Shown: one piece after another, positions 1-10,031 of the stretch
Layout: each line of letters starts with the position of its first letter
Numbering within the stretch: the first letter of the stretch is position 1
Position numbers and translations under genes: made by a program
Source: Deinococcota bacterium
GTDB lineage: Bacteria > Deinococcota > Deinococci > Deinococcales > Thermaceae
DNA: 42,107 nt
Assembly (NCBI GenBank): GCA_041695225.1
Contig: JBGFRI010000028.1
Coordinates: forward strand, 1-42,107
Direction: 5' to 3'
The notes under the pieces: model-generated
What the model saw: the letters and a program-made list of their open reading frames with translations, nothing else
Told to the model about the DNA's origin: nothing
Databases searched by the model: none

Positions 1-122
1 ACAACATCACCTTCTTGGTTGAACTGATCAAGCCCATTGCCATGGAAGAGGGCCTGCGCTTCGCCATCCGCGAGGGTGGCCGCACGGTTGGGGCTGGTGT
101 GGTGGCTAAGATTCTGGAGTAG
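1..122 (+). CDS. tuf: Elongation factor Tu, 3' end (partial)
   Basis: Frame from base 3 reads [39 protein letters not shown], the EF-Tu C-terminus; directly precedes rpsJ. Confidence 0.97.
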   Translation, partial: NITFLVELIKPIAMEEGLRFAIREGGRTVGAGVVAKILE

Positions 123-134
123 AGGAGGCCCTGA

Positions 135-449
135 ATGCCAAAGATACGAATTAAACTTCGGGGTTTCGACCACAAGAGCCTCGACGCCTCGGCGGCCAAA
201 ATTGTGGAGACAGCCCGGCGTAGCGGCGCACAGGTGGCCGGCCCGGTGCCGCTGCCCACCCGCATCCGCCGCTTTACGGTGCTGCGGGGCCCTTTCAAAC
301 ACAAAGACAGCCGGGAGCACTTTGAGCTGCGTACCCACAATCGGCTGGTAGACATTACCGACCCCACCCCCAAGACCATTGAGGGGCTGCGCAACCTCGA
401 CCTGCCCACCGGAGTAGAGATCGAGCTCAAGATGGTAGGAGGCCGCTGA
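135..449 (+). CDS. rpsJ: 30S ribosomal protein S10
   Basis: [13 protein letters not shown]...GPVPLPT...[22 protein letters not shown]. Confidence 0.99.
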   Translation: MPKIRIKLRGFDHKSLDASAAKIVETARRSGAQVAGPVPLPTRIRRFTVLRGPFKHKDSREHFELRTHNRLVDITDPTPKTIEGLRNLDLPTGVEIELKMVGGR

Positions 450-1093
450 TGAAGGGGATCCTTGGAACCAAGGTCGGCATGACCCAGGTCTGGAAGGGCG
501 ACAAAGCCGTGCCGGTGACGGTAATACTGGCCGGCCCCTGCCCCGTGGTGCAGCGCAAAACCGCCACCAAGGATGGCTACGAGGCCGTGCAGTTGGGCTT
601 TGCTAGCCAGAAAGCCCAGCGGGTCAACAAGCCGGCCAGGGGTCATTTTGCCAGAGCGGGGGTCGAGCCGGTAAAGTTCCTGCGCGAGCTACGCGGCTTT
701 AGCCCCGACGGCGATACCGTGACGGTGGGCATTTTCAACACCGGAGAAGTGGTAGACGTGACCGGCATCTCCAAAGGCCACGGCTTTACCGGGGTGATGA
801 AGAAGTGGAATTTCGCCGGCGGTAACGATTCACACGGCGCCCACAAGATTCACCGGCATGGCGGCTCGATTGGCAACCGCAAGACCCCGGGCCGGGTTTT
901 CAAGGGCAAGAAGATGCCCGGGCGCTGGGGCAACGAGAAAGTGACCATCCAGGGCCTCGAGGTGGTGGAGGTACTCGAGGGCGAGAACCTGATCCTGGTC
1001 AAAGGCTCGGTGCCGGGGGCCAATGGCAGCCTGGTAGTGGTGCGCCAGACCAGCAAACTGCCCACCCTCAAGGCCGGAAAGGGAGGTAAGTGA
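449..1093 (+). CDS. rplC: 50S ribosomal protein L3
   Basis: [13 protein letters not shown]...[14 protein letters not shown]...[11 protein letters not shown]; operon position. Confidence 0.99.
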   Translation: MKGILGTKVGMTQVWKGDKAVPVTVILAGPCPVVQRKTATKDGYEAVQLGFASQKAQRVNKPARGHFARAGVEPVKFLRELRGFSPDGDTVTVGIFNTGEVVDVTGISKGHGFTGVMKKWNFAGGNDSHGAHKIHRHGGSIGNRKTPGRVFKGKKMPGRWGNEKVTIQGLEVVEVLEGENLILVKGSVPGANGSLVVVRQTSKLPTLKAGKGGK

Positions 1094-1713
1094 TGTATAA
1101 CCTTCCGGTGCTCGGAAGCAACAAGACCGTGGAGGCCCAGCTTCCCGAAGCGGTTAATGGCCATGTGCTCTTCGAGGTAGTACGTTGGCAGCTGGCTTCG
1201 CGGCGGCGCGGCACGGCAGCCACCAAGACCCGTGGGATGGTTAACTACACCACCAAGAAGATGTACGGGCAGAAGGGTACCGGGCGCGCCCGTCACGGTG
1301 ATTATGCGGCCCCCATCTTCGTGGGGGGGGGTACGGCCTTTGGCCCCAAGCCCCGCGACTACAGCTATACCCTGCCCAAAAAGGTGCGCAGACTGGGCCT
1401 GTCCATGGCCCTGGCTGACCGCGCCCGCGAGGGTAAGCTCTTTCTGGTCGAAAATTTCCAGGCCGTGAACGGCAAAACCAAGGAGTTTGCAACCTGGCTC
1501 GAGGCTCATAACCTGGCAGACCAGACCATACTGCTCGTCACCAGCAAGGAAGAAGTTGCCCGCGCTGCCCGCAACCTGCCCAAAGTGCGGGTGCTGGCGC
1601 CCGAGGGGCTCAATGTCTACGACATAATGCGCCAGGAGGTCTTGTTGCTCGAGGCGGCAGCCTGGGAGGGTGTGCAGGCCAGGGTGAGCCAGACCAAGGG
1701 TGGTGAGGCCTGA
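1093..1713 (+). CDS. rplD: 50S ribosomal protein L4
   Basis: QKGTGRARHG...GGGTAFGPKPRDY; ATG overlaps rplC stop (TGATG). Confidence 0.98.
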   Translation: MYNLPVLGSNKTVEAQLPEAVNGHVLFEVVRWQLASRRRGTAATKTRGMVNYTTKKMYGQKGTGRARHGDYAAPIFVGGGTAFGPKPRDYSYTLPKKVRRLGLSMALADRAREGKLFLVENFQAVNGKTKEFATWLEAHNLADQTILLVTSKEEVARAARNLPKVRVLAPEGLNVYDIMRQEVLLLEAAAWEGVQARVSQTKGGEA

Positions 1714-2003
1714 TGAAAACCCCCCACGATGTAATTATCCAGCCGGTTCTGTCGGAAAAAGCCTACGGGCGCTTCTCGCAAGGGATCTATACCTTCTGGG
1801 TACACCATGATGCTACCAAGACCGAGATTGCCGGCGCGGTTGAGACCGCCTTCAAGGTCAAGGTGGTGCGGGTTAACACCCAGAACGCCCTGGGCAAGAA
1901 CAAGCGCCTGGGCCGGTTTGCCGGGAAACGCTCCGACCGCAAAAAGGCCATCGTGACGGTGGCCCCCGGACAGAAGATTGAAGCCTTGGAGGGGCTGATC
2001 TAA
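1713..2003 (+). CDS. rplW: 50S ribosomal protein L23
   Basis: PVLSEKAY...ATKTEIAGAVETAFKVKV...KKAIVTV. Confidence 0.98.
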   Translation: MKTPHDVIIQPVLSEKAYGRFSQGIYTFWVHHDATKTEIAGAVETAFKVKVVRVNTQNALGKNKRLGRFAGKRSDRKKAIVTVAPGQKIEALEGLI

Positions 2004-2071
2004 TGGTGGGAGGTTAGAGGCAGGCTGTGGGCAGAAAAGAGCTCGAGCCACTTTTACCTTACCCCACATCC
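2004..2071. repeat. Degenerate heptamer-periodic inverted repeat in the rplW-rplB spacer
   Basis: GGTGGGA GGTTAGA GGCAGGC TGTGGGC followed by a roughly complementary CCACTTT TACCTTA CCCCACA. Confidence 0.4.
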
Positions 2072-2194
2072 GCAACCGCCTCGAGACCGAGCCAAACCTG
2101 CCCATCTTACGAGCAGGGGCGGATGAAGGGGCAAAAAATCCACTTGGAATCAGCACGACTCGGTTAGTGCGTATCAGGTGAGAGGAACGAGAAA

Positions 2195-3022
2195 ATGGCC
2201 GTAAAGAAGTTCAGACCCTACACCCCAGCGCGCCGCAGCATGACGGTCGCCGACTTCTCCGATCTGACCCAAAAACGTCCGGAGAAGGGCCTCACTGCCC
2301 CGATGAAGAGAACCGGGGGGCGCAACAACCAGGGCCGCACCACCAGCCGGTTCATCTCTGGTGGGCACAAGCAGCTCTACCGCATAGTAGACTTTCGCCG
2401 GCGCGATAAGGCCGGAATCCCGGCGCGGGTGGCGGCTATCGAGTACGACCCCAACCGCACTGCGCGCATTGCCCTGTTGTTCTATCGCGATGGCGAGAAG
2501 CGCTACATCCTGGCGCCCGACGCCCTGAGGGTGGACAGCACCGTGAGCAGCGGCCCCGAGGCCACCATATCAACGGGAAACGCCCTGCCGCTGCGGTTTA
2601 TTCCGGTTGGTACAGTGATTCACGCCGTTGAACTCGAGCCCGGCAAAGGGGCCAAGATGGCCCGCAGCGCTGGCACCAGCGTGCAGGTACAGGGCCGCGA
2701 AGGCGATTATGTGGTCTTGCGCCTGCCCTCGGGCGAGCTGCGTAAGGTGCATGGCGAGTGCTTTGCCACCATTGGGGTGGTCTCCAATGCCGACCACAAA
2801 AACATCGTGATTGGCAAGGCCGGGCGCAACCGGCACAAGGGGCGCAAAGGACATGTCCGCGGCACGGTAATGAACCCGGTAGACCACCCCCACGGCGGAG
2901 GAGAGGGGCGTGCTCCGCGGGGCCGTCCGCCGGTCTCGCCCTGGGGTCAGCAGGCTAAAGGCCTCAAGACCCGCAGAAAGAAGAAGCCCTCGAGCGCGCT
3001 CATCGTGTCTCGTCGCAAGTAG
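2195..3022 (+). CDS. rplB: 50S ribosomal protein L2
   Basis: GRNNQGR...[13 protein letters not shown]...[13 protein letters not shown]. Confidence 0.99.
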   Translation: MAVKKFRPYTPARRSMTVADFSDLTQKRPEKGLTAPMKRTGGRNNQGRTTSRFISGGHKQLYRIVDFRRRDKAGIPARVAAIEYDPNRTARIALLFYRDGEKRYILAPDALRVDSTVSSGPEATISTGNALPLRFIPVGTVIHAVELEPGKGAKMARSAGTSVQVQGREGDYVVLRLPSGELRKVHGECFATIGVVSNADHKNIVIGKAGRNRHKGRKGHVRGTVMNPVDHPHGGGEGRAPRGRPPVSPWGQQAKGLKTRRKKKPSSALIVSRRK

Positions 3023-3031
3023 AGGTGAACT

Positions 3032-3313
3032 ATGCCACGAAGCATAAAGAAGGGGATTTTTGTGGAAAGCCACCTGCTGGAAAAAGTCGAGGCGATGAAC
3101 GCCAAAGGCGAAAAGCGGGTGATCAAGACCTGGAGCCGCCGCAGCACGGTGGTGCCCGAGATGGTCGGCCATACCCTGGCGGTCTACAACGGTAAGCAGC
3201 ATGTGCCGGTTTATGTGACCGAACAGATGGTGGGTCACAAGCTGGGCGAGTTCTCGCCCACCCGCACCTACCGCGGGCACAGCCGCGAGGCCAAGACTGC
3301 CGCCAAGAAGTGA
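3032..3313 (+). CDS. rpsS: 30S ribosomal protein S19
   Basis: MPRSIKKG...IKTWSRRS...[13 protein letters not shown]. Confidence 0.99.
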   Translation: MPRSIKKGIFVESHLLEKVEAMNAKGEKRVIKTWSRRSTVVPEMVGHTLAVYNGKQHVPVYVTEQMVGHKLGEFSPTRTYRGHSREAKTAAKK

Positions 3314-3324
3314 GGAGGTGAACC

Positions 3325-3819
3325 GTGGAAGCCAGACGTATGAGAAAGAACGAACGCAAGGAGATCCGCAACAACCTCCGCGATGTTCACCACACCGGCG
3401 CAGCGGGCCTGAAGCGATATGCCGGGATGTCGTTGCACCAGAAAAGGGAGGCCCTTAAGGGAGAAACCAGCCACACCTATGCCGTGGCTGTAGCCCGCCA
3501 CGTTCGCATCTCGCCGCAAAAGGTGCGCCTGGTGGTGGATCTGATCCGTGGAAAGGGTCTTACCGAGGCCCGTGCCATCCTGAAGTACACCCCCCACCGC
3601 GCGGCGGAGATTGTAGCCAAGGTGCTCGAGTCGGCAGCTGCCAACGGCATCAACGACGACCGCAAGAACATGATCGAAGACCAGGTTTTTGTCAAGTCTG
3701 CTTTTGTAGACGAGGGCCCGGCCATCAAGCGGATGCTGCCCCGCGCCCGTGGCAGCGCCAACATGATCAAGAAGCGTACCAGTCACATCACCATCATCGT
3801 GGGGGAGAAAAATGGGTAA
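3325..3819 (+). CDS. rplV: 50S ribosomal protein L22 with a long N-terminal extension
   Basis: [17 protein letters not shown]...PRARGSA...[22 protein letters not shown] before GTG at 3325. Confidence 0.96.
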   Translation: MEARRMRKNERKEIRNNLRDVHHTGAAGLKRYAGMSLHQKREALKGETSHTYAVAVARHVRISPQKVRLVVDLIRGKGLTEARAILKYTPHRAAEIVAKVLESAAANGINDDRKNMIEDQVFVKSAFVDEGPAIKRMLPRARGSANMIKKRTSHITIIVGEKNG

Positions 3820-4573
3820 CAAGATCAATCCCGTAGGCCTGCGTCTGGGCATCACCCGCGAGTTTGAGTCACGCTGGTATGCCGGCAAGAAGGCCTATGC
3901 CAGGATCATTCAGGACGACCGGCTGATCCGCCGCACCATCGAGAAAGAGCTGCGCCCGGCGGGGCTGGCCCGGGTGGATATTGAGCGCGCCGCCGACAAC
4001 GTGGCAATTACGGTCTATGCAGCCAAGCCCGGGGTGGTGATCGGGCGCGGCGGCGAGACCATCAAGCGTCTGCGCGAAACCCTGCAACGAAAGCTTCCCG
4101 GCAAAACGGTGGCGCTTAATGTTCAGGAGGTGGGCAACCCCAACCTCTCGGCGCCGCTGGTAGCCCAGCGCGTGGCCGAGCAGATTGAACGCCGTTTCGC
4201 CGTGCGCCGCAGCATCAAGCAGGCTGTCCAGCGGGTGCGCGAATCCGGCGCCCAGGGGGCCAAGATCGTGGTCTCGGGTCGCATAGGCGGGGCCGAGCAG
4301 GCCCGGGTGGAGTGGGCCGCCGAGGGCCGGGTTCCCCTGCACACCCTGCGGGCCAATATTGACTACGGAACCGCCCGCGCCGAGACCACCTACGGCTCAC
4401 TGGGCGTTAAGGCCTATGTGTTCATGGGCGAAGTGATAGGTGGCAAGAAGATTGTACCGGGTGCGGCGCCTGCTGCCCGCCCGGCTGCTCCCAAGCGCGA
4501 CCGCGAAGATGGCAAACCCCGTCGCCGCTCGGCCGTGCGCAAGGCCGGGGCCACAACCAAGGAAGGAGGCTAG
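3812..4573 (+). CDS. rpsC: 30S ribosomal protein S3
   Basis: [13 protein letters not shown]...[10 protein letters not shown]...[14 protein letters not shown]. Confidence 0.99.
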   Translation: MGNKINPVGLRLGITREFESRWYAGKKAYARIIQDDRLIRRTIEKELRPAGLARVDIERAADNVAITVYAAKPGVVIGRGGETIKRLRETLQRKLPGKTVALNVQEVGNPNLSAPLVAQRVAEQIERRFAVRRSIKQAVQRVRESGAQGAKIVVSGRIGGAEQARVEWAAEGRVPLHTLRANIDYGTARAETTYGSLGVKAYVFMGEVIGGKKIVPGAAPAARPAAPKRDREDGKPRRRSAVRKAGATTKEGG

Positions 4574-4579
4574 AAGACG

Positions 4580-5005
4580 ATGTTAATGCCCAAACGCATG
4601 AAGTACCGCAAGGCCCACCGGGGCCGCATGCGCGGCACTGCCAAAGGAGGCGATTATGTGGCCTTTGGTGAATGGGGACTGGTGGCGCTGGAGCCCAACT
4701 GGGTTACCAGCCAGCAGATTGAAGCGGCCCGGGTGGCCATGGTGCGCCACTTCCGCCGTGGGGGTAAGATTTTTATCCGTATCTTTCCCGACAAGCCCTT
4801 TACCAAGAAGCCCCTGGAAGTCCGGATGGGCAAGGGTAAAGGTAATGTGGAGGGTTATGTGGCCGTGGTAAAGCCGGGCCGGGTGATGTTCGAGGTCTCG
4901 GGCGTTGCGGAGGAACAGGCCCGCGAGGCCCTTCGTCTGGCGGGACACAAACTGCCCATGCAGACCAAGGTGGTGAGACGCGATGCCTACGACGAAGCTC
5001 AGTGA
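4580..5005 (+). CDS. rplP: 50S ribosomal protein L16
   Basis: [11 protein letters not shown]...IRIFPDKP...RMGKGKG. Confidence 0.99.
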   Translation: MLMPKRMKYRKAHRGRMRGTAKGGDYVAFGEWGLVALEPNWVTSQQIEAARVAMVRHFRRGGKIFIRIFPDKPFTKKPLEVRMGKGKGNVEGYVAVVKPGRVMFEVSGVAEEQAREALRLAGHKLPMQTKVVRRDAYDEAQ

Positions 5006-5189
5006 GCTGCGTAAACTGCCTGCGTCCGAGCTACAAAAGCGGATTCAGGAGACCAAGAAAGAGCTGATGGAGCTGCGCTTTCAGGCCAGCATCGGCCAGC
5101 TTGACAAAAACCACCGCATGTCCCAGGCCCGACGGGAGATTGCCCGCATGATGACCTTGCTGGGCCAGAAAGGAGCCGGCAATGCCTAA
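4983..5189 (+). CDS. rpmC: 50S ribosomal protein L29
   Basis: ELRK...[10 protein letters not shown]...RREIARMMT; operon position. Confidence 0.97.
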   Translation: MPTTKLSELRKLPASELQKRIQETKKELMELRFQASIGQLDKNHRMSQARREIARMMTLLGQKGAGNA

Positions 5190-5475
5190 AAAAGTGCTAA
5201 CTGGCGTGGTGGTGAGCGATAAGGCGCAGAAGACCGTAACCGTCCTGGTCGAGCGTCAGATGCAGCACCCGCTTTACGGAAAGGTGATCAAGCAGTCCAA
5301 AAAGTACCTAGCACACGATGAAAACGACCAGTTCCGGCTGGGCGACATTGTGGAGATAAAGGAAGCAACCCCCATCTCGAAAAATAAGAAATTTGTGGTG
5401 GTTGGGCGCCTCGAGGCGGGCCGCATGGACCTGGTCGAGCGCTACCAGTTACGCAAGGAGCGTGGTAAAGCGTGA
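5182..5475 (+). CDS. rpsQ: 30S ribosomal protein S17
   Basis: [30 protein letters not shown]. Confidence 0.98.
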   Translation: MPKKVLTGVVVSDKAQKTVTVLVERQMQHPLYGKVIKQSKKYLAHDENDQFRLGDIVEIKEATPISKNKKFVVVGRLEAGRMDLVERYQLRKERGKA

Positions 5476-5840
5476 TTCAGCAGGAGACCGTGCTGGAAGT
5501 CGCCGATAATACCGGCGCTCGCAAAATTGCCTGTATCCGGGTGATGGGTGGGCACTTCCGTAAGTATGCCGGAGTGGGCGATGTGATTGTGGCCTCGGTC
5601 AAGGAAGCTATTCCCCGGGGTATGGTGAAAAAGGGCGAGGTGGTCAAGGCGGTGGTGGTGCGCACTGCCAAAGAAATCCGCCGCCCCGATGGTTCGACCA
5701 TTCGCTTTGATACCAACGCCGCGGTCATCATCAACCCCCAGAACGAGCCTCGAGGTACCCGGGTGTTTGGCCCGGTGGCCCGCGAGCTGCGGGAGCGAGG
5801 CTTCATGAAGATTGTTTCACTAGCACCGGAGGTGCTCTGA
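5472..5840 (+). CDS. rplN: 50S ribosomal protein L14
   Basis: VADNTGA...[13 protein letters not shown]...[10 protein letters not shown]. Confidence 0.99.
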   Translation: MIQQETVLEVADNTGARKIACIRVMGGHFRKYAGVGDVIVASVKEAIPRGMVKKGEVVKAVVVRTAKEIRRPDGSTIRFDTNAAVIINPQNEPRGTRVFGPVARELRERGFMKIVSLAPEVL

Positions 5841-6071
5841 AGTCCAGATGAAGCCGCGGGTTCTTGCCGTAGGCAAGTCGTTTCCGATACACCGGAGGCT
5901 TTCCTGGTCTTCGGTCCCGCGCCGAGCTTGTTGGGCTCATGGGGTTTCCGCAGACCCTGGTCTTCAACCAAGCCAAACCTAAAGGATGCTTTTTAGGGGA
6001 ATTTCTGCTAAACTTGCCATTTGGCGCCCAGGAATTGGCGGTACTAGCCCCAAGAAAGCAAAATCGGAGGA

Positions 6072-6407
6072 ATGATGTCCAAGGTACACGTCAAAAAAGG
6101 TGACACCGTGCTGGTGCTTTCGGGTAAGGAAGGGCTGCGTGGTGTGACCGGTAAAATTAAGGCTGTCATGCCCAAGGAGGGTATGGTGGTAATTGAGGGG
6201 CTCAACAAGATCAAGCGCGCAGTGCGCCCCAACCCCCGCAACCCCCAGGGCGGCTATATCGAGAGCGAAGCTCCCATACATGCTTCGAAAGTCATACCCA
6301 TCTGCCCAAGCTGCCAGAAGCCGACTCGTATCCGCAAAAAGGTGCTACCCGACGGCACCAAAGCCCGTGCCTGCGCCAAGTGCGACGGCGTGCTGGATAC
6401 TAAATAA
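6072..6407 (+). CDS. rplX: 50S ribosomal protein L24
   Basis: [13 protein letters not shown]...[13 protein letters not shown]...CAKC Cys pairs as in Thermus L24. Confidence 0.98.
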   Translation: MMSKVHVKKGDTVLVLSGKEGLRGVTGKIKAVMPKEGMVVIEGLNKIKRAVRPNPRNPQGGYIESEAPIHASKVIPICPSCQKPTRIRKKVLPDGTKARACAKCDGVLDTK

Positions 6408-6417
6408 GGGGTTGCGA

Positions 6418-6966
6418 ATGCCGCTAGAAGTTGCTCTCAAAAAACGCTACGCCGAGGAAATTCGCCCGGAGCTGGTCAAGCGCTTCGGTTATGCCAACAT
6501 TATGGCTGCCCCCAGACTGGTCAAAATTGTGGTCAACCAGGGGCTTGGCGAGGCCAAAGAAGACAGCCGCATCCTGGAGAAAGCTGGCAAGGAGCTTGCC
6601 TTTATTACCGGGCAGCAGCCTGCCATTACCCGGGCCAAAAAGTCCATCTCTAACTTCAAGCTGCGCCAGGGTATGCCCATCGGGCTACGGGTCACGCTAC
6701 GCGGCGACCGGATGTGGATTTTTGCCGAGAAGCTTTTGAATATCGCCCTTCCTCGCATCCGCGACTTTCGTGGGGTAAGCCCCGGTGCTTTTGACGGCCG
6801 TGGCAACTATAACCTGGGCCTGCGCGAGCAAACCGTCTTTCCCGAGATCACCTTCGATATGGTAGATGCCGTACGCGGGATGGACATTGCGGTAGTCACC
6901 ACGGCCAAAAACGACGAAGAGGCCAGGGCCTTCCTCGAGCTTCTGGGGTTCCCGTTTCGTAAGTAG
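6418..6966 (+). CDS. rplE: 50S ribosomal protein L5
   Basis: [10 protein letters not shown]...[12 protein letters not shown]...LPRIRDFRG...FDGRGNY; start set at ATG 6418. Confidence 0.98.
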   Translation: MPLEVALKKRYAEEIRPELVKRFGYANIMAAPRLVKIVVNQGLGEAKEDSRILEKAGKELAFITGQQPAITRAKKSISNFKLRQGMPIGLRVTLRGDRMWIFAEKLLNIALPRIRDFRGVSPGAFDGRGNYNLGLREQTVFPEITFDMVDAVRGMDIAVVTTAKNDEEARAFLELLGFPFRK

Positions 6967-6967
6967 A

Positions 6968-7043
6968 GGTCTATGGTCTATAGTCTATGGTCTATGGCCA
7001 AAGCACTTATCGGCAATAGTCAAGAGACTAGCGACCATCGACA
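6968..7043. repeat. Heptamer-repeat hairpin upstream of rpsN
   Basis: GGTCTAT-type unit x4, then inverted GACTAGC GACCATC GAC. Confidence 0.7.
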
Positions 7044-7065
7044 AGTTTTGAAAGGAGGTGAATCA

Positions 7066-7335
7066 ATGGCCAAAAAATCTCAGGTCGAAAAGATGAAGCG
7101 CAAGCAAAAAACCATCGCCAAATACAGAGCCAGGCGGGCCGCCCTCAAGGCCGCCAACGATTATGCGGCGCTGGCCGAGCTTCCGCGCGACGCCAGCCCC
7201 ACCCGCCACAAGAGCCGCTGCGCGGTGACGGGCCGGGCCAAAGCCTATCTGCGCTACTTCGGCGTCTCGCGCCTTCAGTTCCGCGAGATGGCCCACAAGG
7301 GCCAGTTACCTGGCGTCAAGAAAGCCAGCTGGTAG
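7066..7335 (+). CDS. rpsN: 30S ribosomal protein S14, 89-aa zinc-independent type
   Basis: MAKKS...[19 protein letters not shown]...[37 protein letters not shown] before ATG 7066; only one Cys. Confidence 0.97.
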   Translation: MAKKSQVEKMKRKQKTIAKYRARRAALKAANDYAALAELPRDASPTRHKSRCAVTGRAKAYLRYFGVSRLQFREMAHKGQLPGVKKASW

Positions 7336-7500
7336 GGGTTGCTTTGTAGGTCGGTGAGTTTTCGCCGATACCACAGAGCCAATCATCAGGTGTTCTTTAG
7401 GGGATGTTCTGAGCTGGCTGGTTGGTCAGTTTGACCAAGACCGGGCTCCGCAAACCTCCAAAACAAGGCCGGGACGCCTGACAAGAAGGAGATTCTGACA

Positions 7501-7896
7501 ATGCTTAGTGATCCAATCGCCGATATGCTGACCCGGATTCGCAACGGAATCCAGGTTCATAAGGAGAGCGTGGATGTGCCTGCTTCAAAGTTCAAGCAGC
7601 AGATCGCCGCAATCCTGGTCAAAGAAGGCTTCCTCAAAGGAGTGGAAGCGGTAGAAGTAGACGGCAAGCCATTCCTCCGGCTGACCCTCAAGTATGGGCC
7701 CCGCCGTGAGCAGGTAATACAGCACATCCAGCGGGTCAGCCGCCCGGGCCGCCGGGTTTATGTGACTGCCGAGAACGTACCCAACGTGCGCCGGGGTCTT
7801 GGTCTGGCCATCGTTTCAACTTCCAAGGGGTTGCTGCCCGACCGCGAGGCCCGCAAGCTGGGTGTGGGCGGCGAAGTAATTTGCGAGGTGTGGTAA
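7501..7896 (+). CDS. rpsH: 30S ribosomal protein S8
   Basis: DPIADMLTRIRN...SRPGRRVY...IVSTSKG...GGEVICEVW. Confidence 0.99.
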   Translation: MLSDPIADMLTRIRNGIQVHKESVDVPASKFKQQIAAILVKEGFLKGVEAVEVDGKPFLRLTLKYGPRREQVIQHIQRVSRPGRRVYVTAENVPNVRRGLGLAIVSTSKGLLPDREARKLGVGGEVICEVW

Positions 7897-8435
7897 TGAG
7901 CCGCATCGGAAAGCAGACTATTACCCTGCCCAAGGGCGTGACGGTTGAGGTGGCCGCAGGGCTGGTCAAGGTTAAGGGTGCTAAAGGCGAGCTCTCGGTA
8001 AGGGTGCATCCCGACCTGGCGGTGAAGAACGATGGCGGCATTGTCACCGTAAGCCGCCCCTCCGAAAGCCGCACCCACCGGAGCCTGCACGGCCTGACCC
8101 GCACCCTGATCGCCAATGCCATCCAGGGGGTTTCGGCGGGCTATGCCAAGGAGATGCTGATCAGCGGAACCGGCTACCGCGCTGCCATGCAGGGTAAGAA
8201 CCTCGAGCTCAGCGTGGGCCACAGCCATAAGGATATTGTGAGCCCACCTGCGGGCATCGCCTTCGAAGTGCCCGAGCCCACCAGGATCCGCGTGGTAGGG
8301 ATTGACAAACAACTAGTGGGCCAGGTCGCCGCCAACATACGGGCGGTCCGCCCCCCCGATGCCTACCATGCCAAGGGCATTCGCTACGCCAAAGAGGTCA
8401 TCAAGACCAAGCCCGGCAAGACTGCGGGTAAATAA
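7896..8435 (+). CDS. rplF: 50S ribosomal protein L6
   Basis: MSRIGK...HGLTRTLIAN...AANIRAVRPPDAYHAKGIRY; TAATG coupling to rpsH. Confidence 0.98.
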   Translation: MSRIGKQTITLPKGVTVEVAAGLVKVKGAKGELSVRVHPDLAVKNDGGIVTVSRPSESRTHRSLHGLTRTLIANAIQGVSAGYAKEMLISGTGYRAAMQGKNLELSVGHSHKDIVSPPAGIAFEVPEPTRIRVVGIDKQLVGQVAANIRAVRPPDAYHAKGIRYAKEVIKTKPGKTAGK

Positions 8436-8480
8436 ACCTAATCCGAGTGCCGTGTATGGTGCTACTAAGAAGGAGAATCT

Positions 8481-8819
8481 GTGGCCCGTTTGACCACCCA
8501 AGACCGCCGCAAGTTTCGCGTTCGCAACGCAGTAAAGCCCTCAGGCCGCCTGCGCTTGAGCGTTCACCGCAGCTTGCAGCACATCTATGCTCAGATCATT
8601 GACGACAGGAAAGGCCAGACCCTGGCCGCTGTATCGAGCAAATCCCTAAAGCTCTCGGGCAACAAGACCGAGGTAGCCAAAAAGGTAGGCGCCGCTATCG
8701 CCGAGGCCGCCAAGGCCAAGGGCATCGCCCAGGTGGTCTTTGACCGGGGCCCGTTCAAGTACCACGGGCGGGTAAAGGCCCTGGCCGATGGCGCACGTGA
8801 AGGGGGACTGGAGTTCTAA
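8481..8819 (+). CDS. rplR: 50S ribosomal protein L18
   Basis: [16 protein letters not shown]...[28 protein letters not shown]. Confidence 0.99.
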   Translation: MARLTTQDRRKFRVRNAVKPSGRLRLSVHRSLQHIYAQIIDDRKGQTLAAVSSKSLKLSGNKTEVAKKVGAAIAEAAKAKGIAQVVFDRGPFKYHGRVKALADGAREGGLEF

Positions 8820-8820
8820 A

Positions 8821-8899
8821 TGTCGAGTGTCGAGCGTCAATCGTCGAGAGCCAAAAGCTCTAGACCCTTGACCCTAGACCCTCGACGCTCCGAAGGAGC
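8821..8899. repeat. Heptamer-repeat hairpin plus SD mini-hairpin upstream of rpsE
   Basis: TGTCGAG TGTCGAG CGTC... facing TAGACCC TTGACCC TAGACCC TCGACG; then GCTCC-GAA-GGAGC. Confidence 0.75.
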
Positions 8900-8904
8900 A
8901 ACAC

Positions 8905-9393
8905 ATGCCTGAGACCGATTTTGAAGAAAAGATGATCTTTGTGCGCCGTACCTCCAAGACCTACCAGGGTGGTCGCCGCTTCCGCTTTGGGGCTCTGGTG
9001 GCAGTAGGAGACCGCCAGGGACGGGTAGGCCTGGGCCTGGGCAAGGCCAAAGAAGTACCCATGGCAGTGCAAAAAGCCAACAACTACGCCAAGCGCGAGA
9101 TGGTAGAGGTGCCTTTACAAAACGGAACCATTCCCCACGAAATTAGCGTGACCTGGGGTTCTTCCACCATCCTGCTGCGCCCTGCTGCGCCTGGCACGGG
9201 GGTAATTGCAGGCCAGGTTCCCCGAGCTATCCTCGAGCTGGCCGGCATTACCGACATCCTGACCAAGGAACTGGGCTCGCGCAACTCGGTTAATATCGCC
9301 TATGCCACCATGGAGGCCCTGCGCCAGCTCCAGACCTGGGAAGATGTCAGGCGCCTGCGTAAGACCCCCGCCAAGGCTGAGGAGGTGGCCTGA
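8905..9393 (+). CDS. rpsE: 30S ribosomal protein S5
   Basis: [15 protein letters not shown]...GKAKEVP...[11 protein letters not shown]. Confidence 0.99.
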   Translation: MPETDFEEKMIFVRRTSKTYQGGRRFRFGALVAVGDRQGRVGLGLGKAKEVPMAVQKANNYAKREMVEVPLQNGTIPHEISVTWGSSTILLRPAAPGTGVIAGQVPRAILELAGITDILTKELGSRNSVNIAYATMEALRQLQTWEDVRRLRKTPAKAEEVA

Positions 9394-9569
9394 TGTCTGT
9401 GGTGAAGGTTCGGCTAGTCAAGAGCCCGATTGGCTACCCCAAAGACCAGAAAGCAGCCCTAAAAGTTCTGGGTCTGACCAGGATGAACCGTGTACGTGTG
9501 GTGCAGGATAGCCCAGCCGTGCGTGGCCAGATTCGTAAGGTGGCCCACCTGGTGGAGGTGGTGGAGTAA
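9393..9569 (+). CDS. rpmD: 50S ribosomal protein L30 (not in the ORF track)
   Basis: Manual translation [58 protein letters not shown]; overlaps both neighbours by one base. Confidence 0.97.
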   Translation: MSVVKVRLVKSPIGYPKDQKAALKVLGLTRMNRVRVVQDSPAVRGQIRKVAHLVEVVE

Positions 9570-10030
9570 TGAAACTCAGCGATATTCGCCCCAACCAAGG
9601 GGCCAACAAGCGCCCCAAGCGGGTGGGCCGCGGCCCCGGCTCGGGCAAGGGCAAGACTGCCGGGCGCGGGCACAAGGGCCAGAAGTCGCGTTCGGGCGGT
9701 CAGAAAAACCCGGCCCGCTTCGAGGGTGGTCGTTCCACCCTGCTGATGCGCCTGCCCAAGCGGGGTATGAAGGGCGACTCGCATGGCGAGCTGAAGCGGG
9801 TGGAGTTCCAGGTGGTCAATGTGGGCGCCATTTCCAAGCACTTCACTGCGGGCGAGGTAGGGCCCGAAGCCCTGGTCAAGGCTGGGCTGGTGCGCCCGGG
9901 GTATCCGGTTAAGGTGCTGGCCCAGGGCCATGCCCACGGAGTCCGGGTGCATGCCCATAAGTTCTCGCAAGCCGCGGTGGAAAAACTCAAGGCGGCGGGT
10001 GGCGAAGCGGTTTTGATTGAGGGGGCCTAA
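9569..10030 (+). CDS. rplO: 50S ribosomal protein L15
   Basis: [27 protein letters not shown]...FEGG...RLPKRG. Confidence 0.99.
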   Translation: MKLSDIRPNQGANKRPKRVGRGPGSGKGKTAGRGHKGQKSRSGGQKNPARFEGGRSTLLMRLPKRGMKGDSHGELKRVEFQVVNVGAISKHFTAGEVGPEALVKAGLVRPGYPVKVLAQGHAHGVRVHAHKFSQAAVEKLKAAGGEAVLIEGA

Positions 10031-10031
10031 G

